Under the pieces are notes generated by a model that did no database searches, was not told the origin of the DNA, and saw nothing but the letters and a program-made list of their open reading frames with translations. A stretch of DNA of 51,401 nucleotides from Candidatus Omnitrophota bacterium (GTDB taxonomy: Bacteria > Omnitrophota > Gorgyraeia > Aquiviventales > Aquiviventaceae), in the NCBI GenBank assembly GCA_016206685.1, contig JACQRB010000060.1, positions 1 to 51,401 of the forward strand. Reading direction: 5' to 3'. The position numbers and the translations under genes were made by a program. Below, one piece after another: positions 50,801 to 51,401 of the stretch (positions are counted from its first letter, which is position 1; each line of letters opens with the position of its first letter).

Positions 50801-51401
50801 TGAGCACCTCACCGATTCCGAGCTCGCGACCCTCCCCGGGGTTGCGCCCATCGAACAGGCGATTGTAGTCCCGCAGCGCCTGCGTGAGCTCGCCGAGCCG
50901 CTCACGAACCTGGCGGAACTGCTTGCTCTGTAACGCTTCCTTCGCCGACGCAATGAGCAGCTCGCAGAAACACAACACTATCCCCAACTGCATACGCTCC
51001 TGCCACCCCTGCTCCTTGCCCCGTCTCAGGGATTCCATGGCGCGGTCATGGAGCTGCTCAAGAGGAATCCGGCTGCCGGCACGATGCACAGTCACCATCC
51101 CCAGCGCCATCGGCGTCATGGCGATGCCTGCCGCTCCTGTCGGCGAAGCGGCAAGCAGCTCAACGACAGTGACGACCAGCAGCGCGAGCCACGGATGCTT
51201 GCGGACAGACTGAACCGGGGAGTACCAGAGGGGCGGCAAATGACCACCTGTGTCCGCCGCCAGTTTCGCGAGGGCTCCACCGGCTTCCTGGCGGACGTGC
51301 GGATGGGGGTCTTGTCGGAGCACCCGTGCAAGGGCGCGCCGGTTGACGCGGCGGACCATGCGGTCGCGCGGATCCATCTCGCCCAGCGCCCTGGCGGCTT
51401 C
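41856..51401 (-). CDS. giant polytopic multidomain ORF (at least 3,173 aa, 5' end beyond window): HEAT repeats, TM segments, tandem ~95-aa repeats, AceK-like module, C-terminal multi-TM region. As read it is continuous, but 49968-50549 is antisense to a toxin-antitoxin pair
   Basis: No stop occurs in this frame from the window edge to 41856. Upstream of the ORF-track Met the frame still reads HEAT-like EAARALGE. Composition is protein-like except across roughly 49900-50560. Whether this is one gene or two is unresolved (see findings). Confidence 0.55.
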   Translation of the reverse strand, partial: EAARALGEMDPRDRMVRRVNRRALARVLRQDPHPHVRQEAGGALAKLAADTGGHLPPLWYSPVQSVRKHPWLALLVVTVVELLAASPTGAAGIAMTPMALGMVTVHRAGSRIPLEQLHDRAMESLRRGKEQGWQERMQLGIVLCFCELLIASAKEALQSKQFRQVRERLGELTQALRDYNRLFDGRNPGEGRELGIGEVLITPDTRMYDVGVAEIEAIAKASGVIVFHPVHQHGTALHAWLPLVLGLTLAAVAVFLALAGQGWATTVPTPPKATAGMQAGLATKLPDELVAVAAQKQGFPSQPALRVGFQEHPDGSRDGFGNRRVDADHDDARVRRGQKIQEIVVTREEDHPLGFRRSSDRLILRSNGGAEDAMPQHAQRVFSRLRDVFVEQQPHDGLGVAERHKFAVVQLLSRVLQRRTDMRLTKSGEVLRRDLGGSNPGSKELQNIGDENPRFGKARFSVTDIWIDLNELLTRVLHFARPRGSRWPRWVSWHQSVYPTTLNAVKLTLLLVAAEWAGLGLASAFGLDLGSLAAAAQANLGSPTDLRISNPAMYWLLLAGGAFLALGLFGWLGDWILGVERSRLLTAIKQRLDQREDELIKHARDRRSKVSLRYLAQWAKRRAQFKIILRVDQIVSRSDIGPFGAGLFGLGAFVALTGIGRLLQFDILDRFHILLGLGLMVAGGAIFWRSWRLLRAPRQRASQVLDASEPPSGRAGQDAKLLEDRPAQPGTQNLPLKPRGRFRLLAWMTPLAFFVAMARLVGATEVEIAMPAPQAPPALAAAATRVQEHESWFMDAEDSLKEKPVNRRNAARAYMRGFLLKVAVDDLLIHFRDFAQGRIHSRTLYARLADDLESVVLKEFEGLANAPTAVRAIRAWIGELRALARQTDSPPPALKELQQKLRELAARMPIKPHPSRKERDPQRRPVPFDSLSSLPPVELLPLVVGMLKSLETYRRKKSDQLAAIGEPLRQFLVREVEPLLTSLAGSDRLGKRYYTLLRRLEALESALPPMSSVAAEDIPERLKEVAELWEDVTAYFAALRQEERLPVEEAEEIGYRVIGPASQQLAYLTRAVNALTRNRVPLHRGGTFSREEGALRTELFLPILLGLSALGLGAAGLVSATVSDTASGGVLLAGILGLAWYRDLWQRLRDVARKIIERTPEPPAASSRPDVLRGVDLERNRNDARFVTTDPRVSFSSDATGAQTADPSDSVLAPFGSPQAAETAIRDAYDRLIQPAPTTPPLSKAKDKIQKPPPIVEEAPKKVQQVVAPRPAPVPAPVNAVPEDPWQLGVEVVHDGFGLGVIEAVEATRLENPPLGTWVKLVRVRFYGNPRLELEEKGEGGDEEQEPSDRVLTVRTDYLTLAAQLSPGQLASFRTAPIKKPYPPQQTPKDPKQLSAYAKALALRLLDALQVAGALDTVTRSPDGVVTLTIKDTIRLLEGSPSVSTLSKHPKLTEAINAALRAALRGRGKAAHPIARQGITGIRLVKAQKSAHQAESLAARILQALGTKEDLAYFTRLPDGTLVLSLYDTSRLLGWVPSHDTLLRHPELTEAINAALRAAFEKRGGDAQRLLAQEISIVQVVKGARSPLWKRRQGPVLLGVAVFALRPLMEWFHPGLADSPAGVILQASVMLTGAVWLAWSVGLPQRMAQRLAASLQRIRGFSKQPDGDALSTLPPQTADYLRSRFGERWDEALSMMGDYLLNPDRWPSIDQALANGLSIAAIADERLGVKWDVKNSTATLLSNRDKTYSSYGDMLGIKHHDFELPDGSLQDPLHASQLRFSEGPVHDDLTGLPDIEGQEAFSVWLADQSLLTALLPYLPARDDPTAPLLLSTVTFELDDEDRRVAHIGQLQAWLQIDRLPPTLREQIGSIEHLTERVFRTYAEQRGFHRIRMPTGSQLFDSTQLPLHRNTIERLNNLYRQAGYRLVRHDGAWRWEWEARDRATTHATVHAPVLANLAAMWLGMPVPTGTFRAGVQALMARLGGFVLWWVKHGQSWWAARQGARAILNAFDGYQRGLDRIAARASERFERREWSGVVSDDEDRVGLYYRYVLQHALPALKQQLGERFNDPATWKAIKEAYTKSLGVLKPDIELAQSFFNSAVSRAVGVASAEANGLVYVIDFAGDHERQPSALRELVTFLDSILPARKQSHLYGSVLYTGIGYYELAKRFFYQELRKYLRESGQLFRLAAGWEHGSVMGVFTLPGSGYVFKIIKDPVRQFVKDKYRFVREHDRVGRMLDASTYENLRLEKRYFSEELLEFLLAHAAESVSVEGDFVLIKHVYVQREVTPLQLYLEQNAQNPDIIRRVLMDFGNGIKDLMAAGIFPGEVWNFKFWNFGVTSYGRVVLYDYDDLQQLTAITFKHMLRQLSVQDDDTSNLYYEELGKNEIVLQGYTDPQGEPSLEEFFAAHIPEQFWEEFQAVHGDLFSAGSYYKIQEQLRNGQVPEFFAYPQERRFLAGRAPADSSPQTQDLIRRILADYRFRVPYEDLDRDVQLAAGEVETSFRHHHIDPRQVQVEMVQSRFYRNRGAFLIGRFRTGSVSLPFVLALTHPDGQGITVDAVLLEDTDLEPFFSSTRSSFRVQVTSPLFKTYMSSSVQRIQERKDATDPASNELNRRVRTVLSYSAVAGALLVSASLIDWVVTGQLTFWQNYFELQKHPGWTSFALAALTALTSGGARLIGVYLSSANLPKRFQALMVFSYVLYRPLQAVFLSLVFVLIDYFLPSTGSLAALPRAIVSTGIGLATGMLYDLFEPIGIRRLTARSYEQVGRFEEAKRLREQATAGKQWDRVLTGVIARSATHFAVHDLAQNLFESEFRIFTVFVYGFVNQAFRSAVAYHAHPRFSPKGVFLWGGVVAVLGVAVKFVYSAYFDQPFAYGQWTLMGIATVSLAVLSAFYFHHKTVKTKTTGEANGRPARGDGSNLPNMTFGDPPAQEFLQRHGLWEEGLWRPQARGTFIIGGGAGGGSEVSNRSWNQVSKLRVELRLFLYRAQAALRDFFAQWDQTERLRARELPRQLVDLLAPAANRIDDAQTAEELLAGVDGAFRNVLAHLKRARRFGLTRSQFNQIGYQVALTQQAVAQVKKAYQDQRPSAPPVRSWVLPLFLAPVAGLFAVSPLLAQGIGQVVGAGSASSWGLWAAGLIGLAITVLALAGWAWKRRHHLQPGEETITQRASNAIRALAITVKSL
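43650..45390 (-). other. domain: isocitrate dehydrogenase kinase/phosphatase (AceK)-like, with non-canonical segment order
   Basis: ILNAFDGYQRGLDRIAARASERFERREW ... FFNSAVSRAV (AceK N-terminal region). VFTLPGSGYVFKIIKD, REHDRVGRMLDA, IKHVYVQREVTPL, FGNGIKDLMAAGIFPGE, NFGVTSYGRVVLYDYDD (kinase core). After the C-terminal-like FAYPQERRF come SRFYRNRGAFLIGRF ... VDAVLLED ... FFSSTRSSFRVQV. Confidence 0.75.
46645..47215 (-). repeat. two tandem ~95-aa protein repeats inside the giant ORF
   Basis: ...SPDGVVTLTIKDTIRLLEGSPSVSTLSKHPKLTEAINAALRAAL... is followed by ...LPDGTLVLSLYDTSRLLGWVPSHDTLLRHPELTEAINAALRAAF.... The DNA cores 47011-47060 and 46724-46773 differ at only 3 of 50 positions. Confidence 0.75.
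49885..49914 (+). promoter_or_regulatory. candidate sigma70 promoter for the DUF433/DUF5615 pair
   Basis: Plus strand reads TTGACA (49885-49890), 18 nt, TATACT (49909-49914), about 54 nt upstream of the DUF433 ATG. Confidence 0.4.
49968..50210 (+). CDS. DUF433-family protein (putative antitoxin)
   Basis: 80 aa. IQVDPDICHGKPCFAETRILVSDILELLGAGIAPTEITSKYFPRLRQAHVRAALQYAAE fits the DUF433 pattern (DP-x-I-x-x-GKP, x-GTRI-x-V, IL, YP-L, AL-YA). GAGGA lies upstream of the ATG. Confidence 0.8.
   Translation: MKNSREKLIQVDPDICHGKPCFAETRILVSDILELLGAGIAPTEITSKYFPRLRQAHVRAALQYAAEQLNNREFVAFSNS
50217..50549 (+). CDS. DUF5615-family PIN-like protein (putative toxin)
   Basis: 110 aa with a GTG start. MRLLLDENIPKPTEDALRVLGHSV...RVILLTRDDDF...HSGIVVIR fits the DUF5615 pattern (LLDENLP, G-H-x-V, ILVT-x-D-x-DF, G-V-I-x-L). 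It starts 6 nt after the DUF433 stop, which is the usual pairing. Confidence 0.78.
   Translation: MRLLLDENIPKPTEDALRVLGHSVLRAPVRTKDETIARAAEAKRVILLTRDDDFLNFLPPTHSGIVVIRIHPPVAEAITRAVRMLLEAHPERWLRGKALLLRRDGYELVR
51250..51401 (-). other. domain: HEAT (PBS-lyase-type) repeats at the window edge
   Basis: EAARALGEMDPRDRMV...ALARVLRQDPHPHVRQEAGGALAKL shows the typical D-x-x-x-VR-x-x-A-x-x-AL periodicity. Confidence 0.5.

Overview
G+C-rich bacterial chromosomal segment, so long Arg/Pro/Gly-rich antisense 'shadow' ORFs are common. Except for one two-gene toxin-antitoxin pair, every gene I can support lies on the minus strand. Lineage is unresolved; it appears diderm with peptidoglycan. Left to right: (1) a truncated tRNA. 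(2) The cell-shape operon mreB-mreC-mreD-mrdA-rodA (237-5770), whose intergenic spacers are long structured repeats. (3) aroA. (4) A biotin block of BioU-like oxidoreductase, bioF and bioD, flanked by two paralogous membrane-anchored coiled-coil proteins and a LacI regulator. (5) A beta-glucan/cellodextrin-type utilisation locus (13.1-28.1 kb): ROK regulator, frameshifted GH94 phosphorylase, secreted protein with two clan GH-A-like domains, about 900-aa outer-membrane barrel-like protein, 3x repeat TPR-like protein, sugar ABC transporter without an ATPase, and a PilZ protein. (6) A giant-gene island (28.2-51.4 kb), the most unusual part. One 3,856-aa ORF with a signal-peptide-like N-terminus concatenates class II aldolase, GlpX-type FBPase, isocitrate lyase and GAPDH modules separated by ACP-like modules. 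A near-consensus promoter in an AT-rich spacer, with two small secreted proteins, precedes this ORF. Next to it is a polytopic ORF of at least 3,173 aa that runs off the window. It has HEAT repeats and an AceK (isocitrate dehydrogenase kinase/phosphatase)-like module with rearranged segment order. A DUF433/DUF5615 toxin-antitoxin pair with its own promoter sits antisense inside this open frame. All domain calls rest on motif recognition by eye and memory of reference sequences. No searches were run, and domain boundaries are approximate.
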